This document shows positions 48,807-61,473 of a stretch of 64,000 nucleotides of DNA, one piece after another. Each line of letters starts with the position of its first letter. The first letter of the stretch is position 1. Source of the DNA: Lobosporangium transversale (lineage: Eukaryota); contig NW_019029001.1 of NCBI RefSeq assembly GCF_002105155.1, positions 496,001-560,000 of the forward strand. The letters run 5' to 3'. The notes under the pieces are model-generated. The model worked only from the letters and a program-made list of their open reading frames with translations. It did no database searches and was not told the DNA's origin. Both the position numbers and the translations under genes were made by a program.

Positions 48807-48968
48807 CTCCGTCAGCGTGTTAAGGTCGAAGCCGGATCTTCATCCTCATCCTCATCAGGACCAGTGATGACTGCCATCAACTTGAAGCCCCAGCAAGAAG
48901 GGTATCCCGTCACCTACGTGATCGGAGCTGCTGCTGTCGCCTTCTTGTTCGCCTATCTTTTCTTCTAA
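47266..48968 (+). CDS. scs2: VAMP-associated protein (VAP/Scs2; MSP domain, C-terminal TM), 5 exons
   Basis: FKVKTTAPKQYCVRPNSG and CKDKFLVQ; exons 47266-47308, 47468-47620, 48012-48127, 48283-48657, 48807-48968; tail anchor VIGAAAVAFLFAYLFF. Confidence 0.95.
47313..47400. repeat. (AAATG)n intronic microsatellite
   Basis: Directly visible in VAP intron 1. Confidence 0.9.
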
Positions 48969-49308
48969 GCCGAAAATATTTCCAGGCAATTCAGCCTGCA
49001 GTCATAGAACAAGAAAAAAAAAAAAAAAAAAAAAAAAAGTCCACTATACTCGTACTCACCGTCATGATAACTCCATTAGAAGTATCGCTTATGTGGTGAG
49101 CAAGCGAGCAAGACAAAAAAAAAAAGTGCTGAGCCTAACGTATTTTTATTCCAACCAATCTACACAACTCCTCATGATCTAGCAAATATATATTTTTTTA
49201 TTTTGTAACGCCATTTTAATGATCTTTAACGAACAATAATAGAAACATTTATTGCAGTTTATAACTAAATCTTGACTTAAAGATGTAATTTTCGAACAAT
49301 GTGACATT

Positions 49309-50230
49309 TTAACATGGCCGTGAAATATATCCACTGAGGACACCGTCCGTAGCTCCGTCTTTAACTTGTAAGCCAACAGTGCGAGCAATAATCTCGTATA
49401 ACTCGACATTTTCAAATGGTGGCAATGTAACTTGTGCAGCAGCAGTTTTGTCAATGGCTTCAGTAGCAGACTTTGAAATTCCTTCAATTCGAGGGAACGA
49501 TGGCCCCGAGGCTAGGAAGATGGCCCTCATATCTTTAGCCTCATTATCCCATCCATGAGCCCCGGCGACTGCTAAGCCCATGTCTCGCCTAGTCATGACG
49601 TACCCCGGATCTGCTAGAGCGACCACAGGAGGGATCCGATCATTATTGGCATAATTAAAACGAGCAGGGATCTCTTCCCGTCGATAAACCTGAAATGGCA
49701 GCTGGTCGCGTTTTTGCACCCGCTTCAATGTATGATAGATCTCATCTGTCCGTTTAGGGTCTTTGGTCCAAATCGCTAAATGAGGCTGTAGTGATTCTTC
49801 GAACAAGAGGTCCGAGGTATCAATATAATCATCATAATAGATGGATTTATCATTGGTGACATAGGACATTCCGTGATCACTAACAAGGACCAGGTTGACA
49901 ATGTTGGTTAAATTACGAGATCGTATTCCGTCCAAAAGTTCGCCCAGAGCTGAATCGACTTGTACTAATGCCTTCTGTACTCGTCGAGAATCTGGACCGA
50001 AATCATGTCCTGCTGAATCAACTTCAGAGACATAGACTGCCATGAGAGCTGGTCGTTCCTCTTGAGGTTTGTCGAGCCATTCAAGAATAGTATTCATCTT
50101 TTCAAAGACAGTGACATCGGAACGGTACCGGATGTGATATGTGGGACGCACAGAACGTAAAGATTCACCACCTGGCCACATAATCACGCCTGATCGTTTA
50201 TTTTGAAGCACTGCTGTTTCCCAAATCTAC

Positions 50231-50276
<46 letters not shown>

Positions 50277-50654
50277 AAAAAAATAAAAAAAAGCAAAATC
50301 AGAGACAATAACTATGGTATTAGCATGAACATGGAACAGTAAAAAAAATAGTGTGCTGTGCTAGCAAGACCACTTACTGGTTCACCGCCCCACCACTTGG
50401 GATCCCAACTCTTGTCTGGGAATCTGTAGTTAAAGTCCTCGTTCAGGCTTGGATCAAAAAACATATTGCCGACAATGCCGTGGCTTGAAGGGTATAAGCC
50501 AGTGACCAGTGAATAATGGTTTGGGAAAGTTAGTGTTGGAAACGATGGCTGCATATATTCTGCTGCGATGCCACTTGCGCCTATTCAAGGTGAGGAAAAA
50601 AAAAAAACAATTAAGACAAGGCATCTACTTTTTATTCTTTATTTCTTTCAAAAA

Positions 50655-50685
<31 letters not shown>

Positions 50686-51442
50686 CACACTAACAATGTT
50701 GGGGGTTATACCTCGAGTGAGATAGTCTGGGCGCATACCATCGAATGAGATCACAATTACAGTCGGATCAAAACCATGGGTTCCATTAGACAGTATCCTT
50801 CCATCTTTATCCTGAGCAGTTGGTGGTGGCAAAGGAATGGGCCGGCTAATCAGAGGATTGCATTGAATCTTTTGTAACCTCTCTCGACGTGAAGCTGACT
50901 TGAGATCCTGAAAAGAGAGACGTCTAGAAATACCGTTATCATGCCGGACTAGTATTGATAAAATAAAGAAACAGAAGAGTCCGCTGGAGATTGTAATAGC
51001 CATTTTAGTCCTCCATGGTTGTCTCTTGTAAAGTCTACATATCCTTGACCATGACCATGGCTAAAGTTAATTTAAATAGAAAAAGAGATGATTTAGATAT
51101 TGACATTAGGCGACCACGTTAATAGGTTATTAAAAAAAAAGAAAAAAAAAAAGAAAAAGGCACCTTGCGCCCTTCGGGACTCAGGACAGCGGATGTATCG
51201 ATGAAGAAAACATGACTGCTGCTGCCCTTCAGTTGATCAATGCCCGAGCGGATGCGTCCTTTCTTCGTATTCACCTGTCCTGTACTTACTCCTGGCGTTT
51301 GCGGGGTAGCCATGTATGAGGAAGAAAAAGACGGAGTTCTGGAAGAGGTGAACGTCGGCTCCGATTGCTGTGGCCAGATGTGTGGTGATGATCGTTTAGT
51401 GGAGTTCTGAGATGAAGGTCTTGATGTTGGGGTTGAATGCAT
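49309..51442 (-). CDS. npp1: Nucleotide pyrophosphatase/phosphodiesterase (NPP, type II membrane), 4 exons
   Basis: VISFDGMRPDYL, PSFPTLTFPNHYSLVTGLYP, VDSAGH, VSDHGM, GAHGWDN; exons 51164-51442, 50685-51060, 50378-50580, 49309-50226 join in frame; N-terminal TM. Confidence 0.93.
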
Positions 51443-51991
51443 CTGTGAGATGGATTTAATGAGATGCAACGGCAACAAGGATGAAAGATAACAAGAGACT
51501 ACTGAAGGTGGTACAAATAAAAAAAGATGTAACGACAGTGAATATGAAAGGAAACAAAAGAGGACAGGAAGAGGAAAAGAGAATCGTGTGGCATTGACAA
51601 AGTGAGGAGATGATATGGTGTAGGAAGGCAGACCCTGTGACCTTGTATCATTACGACTTGCTGGCCATTAATTGCAGGCAAATACAACATGTACAGTTTT
51701 TGTGTAAAAGATACATTGACTTGATTTGGGTTTAAAAATAAAACCAGCTGTGAATTGTATATATATATATATATATAATATACATGTTTATATAATGTAG
51801 ACATTGATAACTTTGTTCTATGGATTGTCCTGTTGGACAACCTTGCATTGCTTGTGACACATTCATTCCTTAATTTGCTGTTATCAAACACTGGTCTGAC
51901 ACAACTAGATGCATTTGAAACAGCCATTCAGCAATGAGCACGCAACATTTCATTCAATTGATCCTCTTTAATCATTCTACCTGTTCACAAT

Positions 51992-54900
51992 ATGTATCCA
52001 TCAAATGGTAGCACAATACCGCATGTAGATGATAGCCATTCTGATATCAATATTGGTCATTCTAACGGGAATCACTCAGATCTAATCGCTCCACTGCATT
52101 TGCAAATGCAACAACCACAGCCACAAAATGGATCCTCCCTCCCCACGCCCATCAACACCAATCTCTCCACCAACAGCGATACAGACAAAAGCACAGACTC
52201 ATCCACACCGCCGACACCATCATTCTCACTCGCTAGTCCTTCGATTGCTACGATTCCTGTCTCTCGACCTAATAATAACTTAATGGACGACTCTTCTCAT
52301 CCCCATCCTTCTTCCCCTCCTCACCTGATAGAACACCTATTTGAGGGCGCTTTCGATAGCGCATCGCCACTCTTGCCATTCATATCATCCTCTGTATCTA
52401 CAGCAACTTCACCCGCTCTTTCCCTCAATCCTCCCCATCCGTTGTCGCCTGTGGGTTCCTTACCTGTCTCTTCTCCTTTATTGTCGCGGGGTAATGCTTC
52501 TCCTACAAATCAAGAGGAAAAATGCTCAACTATAGCTACACCGGCGCTTTCCTCAATTTCACATTCTCCATCAACAACAGCCCCAGCTCCCGTAATAACT
52601 TCTATCCCTCTTGATCGTCATCCTACTATTGCTGTCACTCCAAATCCCAATGAATTGACCATCAAAAATGCGATCGCAAGCGGGCTTTTGTGTTCTCCAA
52701 CGCGTGCAACACCTGGAAGATTTATTTCCAAATCCCTTGCATGCTCAGAATTAGCGCCCAATGCCGAGGTTAAGGATGCCAATGGTAGTACAAATAGCGG
52801 CAGCAATTCCTCTGGTGCATACGCGTCTTCATATAGATCCAGACGTGTAAGTGTGGAGCCTCTCTCAGTTATCACTAAAGCTGAGGCAATATCTGGGGCT
52901 CCAACATCCGGACCGCCTACAAGCACAGACACAGGGGCCATTACGCCCTCAAGGGTCAGTACCACCCCAGGAACATCCGTAACAGACGAACCAACTAAGG
53001 AGCTTCCCTCTAAAACACGCTTTAAAGAGATAATCAAGCGAAACGTAGGCTTCTCTTATTCATCACCGACATCCAGCTCATCATCGCCAGCTTCTGCTGA
53101 AGCAAGCACATCTACATCAGCCACTACTTCTAGCTTGCTAACTAACTCGGTGTTCCCCAGTACCGCTCATGCTTCAAGTGCAGCTGATAGTGATATAGTA
53201 TCTCCCGAAGATCCGCAAAAACAACAACAGCAACAATATAGTCAAGTATCTTCGTTTTTTAATGTACCTCGATTGACAAGTGGCCGAAAAAAGGTTGTCA
53301 AGCCCGATACACCATCACCCGCGATAGATGATTCAAAATTGATGGAGCAAAAGCAGCAGCAGTATCAGGAATCCAACAACGAAGATAATGAATCCTTGCT
53401 GACAATCATGAGATCCAACCCTCACAAACATCCTTTCCGTAACTTTATTCCTCATTTGCATCGGCATCGGCATTGGCATCGTCACTACTCTCCCTTACAT
53501 CGTGGATCCGACTACGAGCAAGTGGAAGAGAGGCTGATAAGGGAGGATGAGTCCAAGAAGAAGAAGAAAGAGAAGGAGAGGCAAAAATATCACCAGCAAG
53601 AGCAACCTGTTGTTTCGAAAAGTTTAACTCCTTCAAAGGCTTTGATCGAGGCTCGAGAGCTGTTGAGTCATGATCCAAATGTCCTTGTGACAGAGTTGGA
53701 ACCTTTGCCGGTTGATTTTGTTAAAGCATTTACGGCCTTCAAGTTATGGAAAGCTTCGTCATCATTGGTCCCGATAGTGCCGACAACGGCTATATCTTCA
53801 AGCTCGGTTCTATCAGGTTCCACTTCAGCAGTGACGAAGCAGTCAACTCGGCCTATTCTTCAATATCAACTTCCAATGATAGCTAACAAAGTTCCATCTC
53901 TAGCCTTGGCCTCCACAATCCCTTCCTCGGGCTCAGAGTCAATGCTTTCAACACAAGGAACCTCTCCTACGCTCTCTGCAACGACGCCAGTAATCGCACC
54001 TTCATTGGCACATTCTAGACTCCCCCGATCCATTTCTGAAATTGGTAGTGCCAGTGACTTACTTGGTTCTGTCACCGCAGCTGCTGGGGGACCCTTGGCG
54101 CCTCGGAATTTCTTATTTAAATCTTACCAAGACTCTAGATTCCAAGGCCACTATGTCTTTCGAGTATTGGACGACACCGTGGAATACGCGAAATTGCCTG
54201 TTTCGTTGGAGCAGGCCTGTTCACAATACTTCCGTGAAGCTGATGTGAACTATCGAGCGTTGGAAAGCAAGGCCAAAGTTTGGAGAGAGGCAAAAAAAAC
54301 CGCTATGGTGAAACGGGAGGAAGAGTTCGTGGAAGCCAGGAAAATTGTTGCGTCTTTGACTACTACCGCGGCTATATCTGCAGCTGCTCAACGCATTATT
54401 AACTTTCGTAACGATAGTATCAGCAGCTGCGAGGAAAGTTCAGATGAGGAAATGGTTGAACCTACCAGCACACACGATGTTTTTGATAACACGGAGGAGG
54501 GCAAGGACAAGGGTAATGAAGGACTTTTCTCAAAGACGACAAGAAAACCGAAAGCTTTGTTAGCTCATAACTCAAGCCCCATGGACGGCGCAAGCTGTAA
54601 TGGCAATAGTAGCAGCAATATCGCCACATCTCTTAAAAATGGTATAGATGGCACTGATGGAAATGGGGAATCTATGGTTCAATACGGTATTAATATTATG
54701 GATGGTGGGCAAAAAGCATACAAGCGCGGTAGCACAGGACTCTCAGGCGCCACTCATGTATTACCCAATCGCAACTCCAGGCCAAATACCGATCATCCAA
54801 GCAGTAGATTGGCCTGTGTGGCCGGAAGATCACCGTCGAGCACGGCCTCTCATCCTAATTCTAGCGCTGCTACTCAGTCAGCAAGTGAGCAAGATGTACA

Positions 54901-55933
54901 ACAGGCGTCACATTTACAGAGTGTTATTATTAATGAAGAGCAGCAACTGGAAGAGCAGCAACGCGAGATCGATGATACATACTGGCAAGGCGTAGAACGC
55001 AACCATTGTGAAGAAGCAAAGCAGCAACTCTATGGGCTGGAAGCCTACCTGTTAGAGTTAGTCAAGTGGGTGGAATACGAGCCATTCGATCAAGCAATCA
55101 ATGTCGAGATTCTGAACAAAAGCCGTAAGATAAAAAAAGTCATAGACGCTTTTTTTAATTTTTGCAGTCTTATAACATAAGCTACTAAATCATCGAAATA
55201 TTTATAATACCTCTTGACGGAAAAAAAAAAAAAAAAAAAAAAAATAGCGGACACGACTCTTTTTTCAATTGTGAATGGGGATAAGACCAACATCATGCGG
55301 CTGGAATCACCGTCTATCAAGCAAAAGGAAGAGTTCCTGAACTGGATCAGTATCTGCATTATGGATCATGATGGTGACGGCGATTATGATAGAGGTATAT
55401 TCACCATCTATCTATATGATCTTGCTCGAGAACCGTATTCTTTGATTGGACAATATTCTATTTGTTATTACCACATGTTATGAAGCCAGCTTTTTATTTT
55501 TGTCCTCCATAACCGCTAGATATTCAAGTAGCCGAGCCAAAATGCAGTTCTAAGGGTCATTTGTCTCCTAACAGCGCTACGGTATCGCCGCACGACTCTG
55601 CTGTGGACAAGCCGTAATGTTTTGAGGATTGTTGAAAGTATTTAATTTGTTTTGATTTTTAAGAGTTAAGACTAATATTATCTTTCTCTCTCTCTTTCTT
55701 TCTTAAAAAAGAGATATGGGTCTCGTCCTTGATATTACGAATGTTCGAATATCACTATTGGAAGCGGCCTTGCGAGCCAGGCGAGAAGAAACCAAAAAAA
55801 TTGTGGACGAGATCACTTATGTGTTAAAGAAGCTTGAGGATCTAGATCAGGACTCTAAGGTATCTATTTAGGGACTCCAAAAAAAAAAAAAAAAAAAAAA
55901 AAAAAGAAGGCTATATCATAATGTATCACTAAT

Positions 55934-55966
<33 letters not shown>

Positions 55967-56490
55967 AACTCGCTGCAAATGTAGTGCGAGCGCTTGACAG
56001 AGGAGAAATTCGAGCAGCGTTACAGCCATCCTTCATTAATGGTCAAATCCTCGCAGATACAGTCAAGTTCAAGGTTCAGGACGTTAGCGAACGCATTATT
56101 GTTTGTGCTCGCATCAAAGAAGCTGCGCGACTCAACGTAAGTTTTTTTTTATTTTTTTTTTTAAAAAATAATATAATAATAAAATCTCTTAGCAATTTGC
56201 TGACTTTTTTGTTGTTGCTCAAGTTGAATCGATTAAAATACGAAGTTGAACTTGAGCAACGATCGATTCGTCTGTTCCGTAAATACAAGATTGCCCTCAC
56301 GATGGCCATCCTTACCATCCTTGGTCTTCTTTGGTTACTCTACTATCGCCACGCTAACCCTACCTCTCCGCTTCTACAGCCCCAAAGCATTACGCCGACA
56401 TTCAATCAACCAAATGCTCCTCTTCAGTCATTCCCGACTTGCCCAGCCAATCCTCTGAGACAGGAAAAATGTCCTCTATTCCAACAATAA
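51992..56490 (+). CDS. Large Ser/Pro-rich hypothetical protein with coiled-coil-like region and C-terminal TM, multi-exon
   Basis: 1062-aa first ORF, donor at 55125, further exons near 55248-55394, 55520-55613, 55713-55859, 55966 onward; TM IALTMAILTILGLLWLLYY. Confidence 0.8.
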
Positions 56491-56766
56491 GATTACAAAA
56501 GAGAGAGCATCCTCTATCTCAACAGAAAAAAAAAAAGGATCTTTGATTTCATCTTCAAATAATATAGTTATTTTATTTTATTTATTTGTGTATCAAAATA
56601 CTTGTTTACAGAAATTATGTACTACAGCGCAAATTGAACCATTGCATGCTTTCTTAAGAAAAAGAAAAAAAAAAAAATGTCGAGCTCACTTTACAAATGG
56701 AAAAAAGAAAAATGAATGTACATAGAGGGAAAAAAAAAAAAATGGAAATTAGAACAATAATATTTT

Positions 56767-59396
56767 TTAAGACAGAATCGGTAAGAAATTGCCCACAATT
56801 GCTAGTGGAATGTCAAAGATATCGCGTTTGATTGTAAAGCAGAACGTGCAGGGAACAACTCGGTTGGTCGGGCTCAACAAAATACATGTTGTCATGACTG
56901 TCTGCTCCGTGTTCTCGAATGCACGGGTCGAAAACTTTTCCCAGTACTCGACCGCTGATTGATTGTCCATAAGCTCATAGATAAACTTATTCTTATTATT
57001 TTTGTTATTATTGTTGGTCCTATTCGGTACCAATTGGTCGCGAGACCATTGTGTCAGCAGCGAGAACTCCTTCCCTACCAACGCAATTTCGCCTGTGCGC
57101 CGCCACACCACCGTAGGCGTTCCTGAATAGCTGATGAGCTTTTCAAACTCCTACACGCGAACAAGAACAGGTATAAAAAAAAATAAAAAAAAAATTTAAA
57201 AAACAATAATAAACCCAACTTTCCCACGGTTTCTCAAGCCAGCCAGCCTTTGTACGTTTGGGCAATCTAGAGTTGTTGCACAACTCAATAAAAGAAAAAA
57301 TCCATTGCAGTGTGTATACTTACAAGGATCGTGCGTTGAAAACAAGTCTCCATGAAGATGAGGTCCTCAGGAGTCAAGTTCATGATCAACGCAATGAACG
57401 AAGGGCGAAACATAGCCATAGCCCTGCACACACGCATCATCTCCTCCTTGTCCATCCTAATTTTTTTTTAAAAAAAAATAAAAAAAATAAAAAATTAGCC
57501 TCTCCTTTGGAACATTCAAGAAAAAAATGTAGTACATCGGTGTATGTGTATGCAAGTGTGGAGATATAAACAAAAAAAAAAAAAAAAAGATTGAGTAGGA
57601 AGGGGTTGGCAAAATCAAGATGTTGGTGCTGATGAAGTGATGTTTTTTTTTTTTTTTTTTTTTTGCAATATTTTTACCTTTCACGGACATATTGTAAGAG
57701 ATAATGAAAGCCATCAGTGTAATTGAAGGGTTGCTTAGTGTTAGCATAGACATTTTCAGGCGTGTTGCTGGGGAACTTGCGCTTAGTACCCTTCATGGAA
57801 CCATTAGCCGCCTGCAAGGTATCGCTTTGACCAAAAATGCTCTTGCCAGTATTGTTTTTTAACAATAGTGGCTGCTGTAGTTGCTGCTGCTGCTGCTGCT
57901 GTTGTGCCAAGACCGACCTTTGTAGGTGCCCTTGGTGCTGCTGTTGTTGTTGCAGCGTATTGGCCATGGCTTCGAGCGCATCCTGACGCTGCCAGGTGTC
58001 GACCATCGAAAACCCTGAGGCTATGGACTGCAATTCTGCTGTTGGTGAAGAGAGCATAGTTGAGAGGATAGAGTATTCAAGATTGATAGCGTCTGATCCA
58101 AATCCGTGGTCAAGAATTGTAGAAGTCGTTGATGATGTCAAGAGGTTTGAATTTGCGGTGCTGGTAAGAGGAATGGTTGATTGTGCTGCTGCTGTTGATG
58201 TTAAGGAGGATAACCTCGAGGAGGAAGAGGATAATGGCGATGGGACATCAGGAAAGCTGAATAGAGCATGTGCATCATTCAGCGGCGATCCTAAGCAAGA
58301 GCGTGAGAAGCGAAGAGCAAAGAGCAAAGAGTATTTAGTAATGATATAAAAAACCAAAGACAAAGGCCAGACCCAAGTAAAAAAAAAAAAAAAAAAAAAA
58401 AAATAGGGGGAAGAGGGAAGGGGAAGCAGTTTCTCCTTCTCTCCTATCAAAGTCTTTCATTTTCTTTAAGGAAAAAGGATTGCTCACACCATTGGCTTTG
58501 TCAACCTTTTCCTTCTGGGCAGAATAAGGAACAGAGGAAGCAAATGCAAAGGAATTGATAGAATGAAGGGGGAACAAACCATAAAGGGAAAAGAAAAAAT
58601 GGAAACACACAGCATTGCATGTCGCACTAGACCTTTTGTAGTCATAGTAATCATACCTTCAACGCTGCCAGTCTGTGATTCTGTCTCAGCAGCCTGCTGC
58701 TGAGAATCGACTGCATCTTGAAGATACTTGGCTTTTTTTCTCACACCATCTGTACAAGATCCCGCAAGGTCACGCTTGATACATCGTTGGCAAGGACGTG
58801 CTATTTTGATTTGATTAAAAAGAAAAAGGTTAGCGCTGTCAATAAAATGTAAGGGACGTTGCCCACACACTAGCGTCATTACTAACTTCTCTTGGAATAG
58901 CCAACAAACCAACCAGCAGCTCCCAACACTTGCTCTTTTTTTTCCTCATAATCTTTGTACTGAAGCTTTTTTTGTTTCTTCTACCGTAGAAAAATATTTG
59001 TCTAAAAAATAGGATATAATATGTAGCAAAGTATTGCCAATCTCTATCACCTGGCTTTCAAGTAACATCAATCAAATCCACCTCACATTATCACTCAAGT
59101 GCTGTCTGTCTTTTTCCCAATTCCAGTTCTCGCCTGTTTGCACTTACAGTCATCACAGGTCAGATGTGCCTTTTGGCAATGAAAGCAACTAAATTGGGGA
59201 AATATGATATTATGAATAAATACACATGTTTATGCTTATATCCTTAATCACGTTATTTAGTCTTTGCTGGGTTTACTTACGCCCTACTGGCCTTTTTTCT
59301 GCGGTAACCTTGACTGGTTGTTGAAACATCTGAATTCGCTTGACCATGCAATCCCACGTGGCTTTGCCCATGAGCTCCATTCTGATGATGAATCAT
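56767..59396 (-). CDS. ert1: Zn2Cys6 transcription factor with PAS-like C-terminus (Ert1/AcuK-like), about 6 exons
   Basis: Spliced [90 protein letters not shown]. First in-frame ATG at 59396. Confidence 0.9.
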
Positions 59397-60618
59397 CAGA
59401 TTGATCGTGTCGATCGTCTCAAGTTTTGGTCGATCTGCAATCAATGGTACTTGACTATTGATATTATTGTTTATTTGGTTGATCCCGCCAATTTCGTTCC
59501 ACAATAGGGATGTTCAGAGGCCGGAGACCCAACGCGGAGCAAATTATAGACGAAATGGAGAAAAGAGGGTGAGGAAGAAAAGCAATAGAAGAATGAGGAA
59601 ATAATAGTAAAGGATGAAAAAAGAAAACAAAAGGAGAGGAGAGAGAGTTTCATGAATGAGATTGGTTCGGACGCGGAGAACGCGAAGTTTTTTGGGCAAT
59701 GAAGCAGAATATAAAAAAAAAGAACGTTGAATTATCCAACCCAGCTCTCTATGCTATGTTCTACTTTCTTTTACTCTCCACTGTGAAGTGGGGGTAGGAG
59801 ACAGCAAAAAATAAAAAAAAAGACATTCATCCGCCTATTTTCTCACATCTGAATCCATCCAATGCGCCATCAATATCTTTTCCCCATCACTTTTCTACTA
59901 GGCCCTTCATAACGACACTTCAAAGAGCAAAGAAGAAAAGATAGAATGAATGATATAAATGGGGATGTGAAGGTCGTCAAGTAGATGGGAAGAAAGCGGA
60001 ACGGACAGCTTCGGACTTGAGGTCAAATAATCAACAATTATGACTGAAAAAGCTTTCTTGCCCACGGAGCAAAATTAAAAGCTCCCCGCGATTGAGTTTG
60101 GGCGCATTTTATCGTGCCCTGTTGGTTGGTGAGCGGAAAGGAGATCCTCGAAGTATGAGACATCAAGCAAATGAATAAGCTCAAGCAAGCTTGCCCTATC
60201 GTCTATGGGAGTATAGGTGGATAGAAAAGGTGCAAGCTGCACTGCGCCCATCTCTTGTAGAACTGTCATGATGCACAGACATCTCACTCTCTTTTGTCTC
60301 TTCTTCTCGGTTGCAATATTCTCTCACATATTCACATACAATATGAATATTCCCCCATAGTCATCTCTTGAAACAGGTCAAACACATGCACAGTGACATG
60401 CATTTGCAAAGACATGTGTGATCAAAAAAGGGGCAGAAGGACTAATCTTTGAATGGCAAAGCAACGTGCTACTGGGATTGTGGGACAGAGTGATTGATGA
60501 ATATGCCATATGGCCATGGGGAATTGTGGAGATGACAAAGGCTCAAACCAAGGGGGAGTGAAAAGTAATATCCAGAGAGAAAAACAATATATCGCACATC
60601 GAATAGTAAAACGACGAC

Positions 60619-61473
60619 TCACATGGTGGTGCCCGATGTCTGGCTCAGATCTGTCATCGTATGAGTACGAGCGCGAATCATGGCCGAAGTTGTTAGTGAA
60701 GCAAAATCTTCAGGATCAAGGTCCATCTCTGGATCAGACAACTGACCCGAGTCATAGAGTTCGGGGTGATTATCAAAGAAATCGTGGTACAGATCGGGCA
60801 ATGATGTCGTTGGCCCCAGTGTCAAGATATTAGCAGGCGGTTGAGGTGCGTTAATCATATCGTCAAAGAACGTGGTCGCCTCTCCAGTCGGTATTGGTGG
60901 TGTCACTGTTATGGCTACATCAACTGCTGACTCTACGGCTGTGGATAGCGACGATGATGGAGACGATGGCAATGGCAGTGACGATGATAATGATGGCGAT
61001 GGTGACGGTGAAGCCACTATTGTTGTTGTCTCAGAAGGCAAGGATGGTATGACGTCTGATCCTGATCCTGATCCCAGTCTCTCGGACTTGATCGCTGTTG
61101 ATAATGAGTGACCAGCACCATTGTCGAGCACAGCAGTAGTGATTGTTGCTTTTAGAGGAAGGGCATCCAGATCTAGGTCGGTTAACGAAGGTGTTCCAGG
61201 CATCAAAGCAGCTGAGACGGATGCTGGTGGTGGCGATGGGGGTGGCGTGGTTGCCATAACTTTCTGGTCCTTAACAGATGATGACGCTGGATCTATGGGA
61301 ATGGCCGGTACTTCTTCATCTTCCACTTTATTAGAATCTGAAGCACTCATTATGGGGCTCGTAGGGGTTGCGGGAGGCGTTGTTGGAGGACTGACAGCAC
61401 CCACAAGACTCATGGTCGATCTGCCCACTACAGAACCTGTTGTTGAGGACGAAATCGTTGTTGTGGTTGCCAT
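60619..61473 (-). CDS. Hypothetical Ser/Pro/Thr-rich protein; may splice to 60075-60288
   Basis: 284-aa ORF starting MATTTT; GTGAGT donor at 60622 overlaps the stop. Confidence 0.6.
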   Translation of the reverse strand: MATTTTISSSTTGSVVGRSTMSLVGAVSPPTTPPATPTSPIMSASDSNKVEDEEVPAIPIDPASSSVKDQKVMATTPPPSPPPASVSAALMPGTPSLTDLDLDALPLKATITTAVLDNGAGHSLSTAIKSERLGSGSGSDVIPSLPSETTTIVASPSPSPSLSSSLPLPSSPSSSLSTAVESAVDVAITVTPPIPTGEATTFFDDMINAPQPPANILTLGPTTSLPDLYHDFFDNHPELYDSGQLSDPEMDLDPEDFASLTTSAMIRARTHTMTDLSQTSGTTM

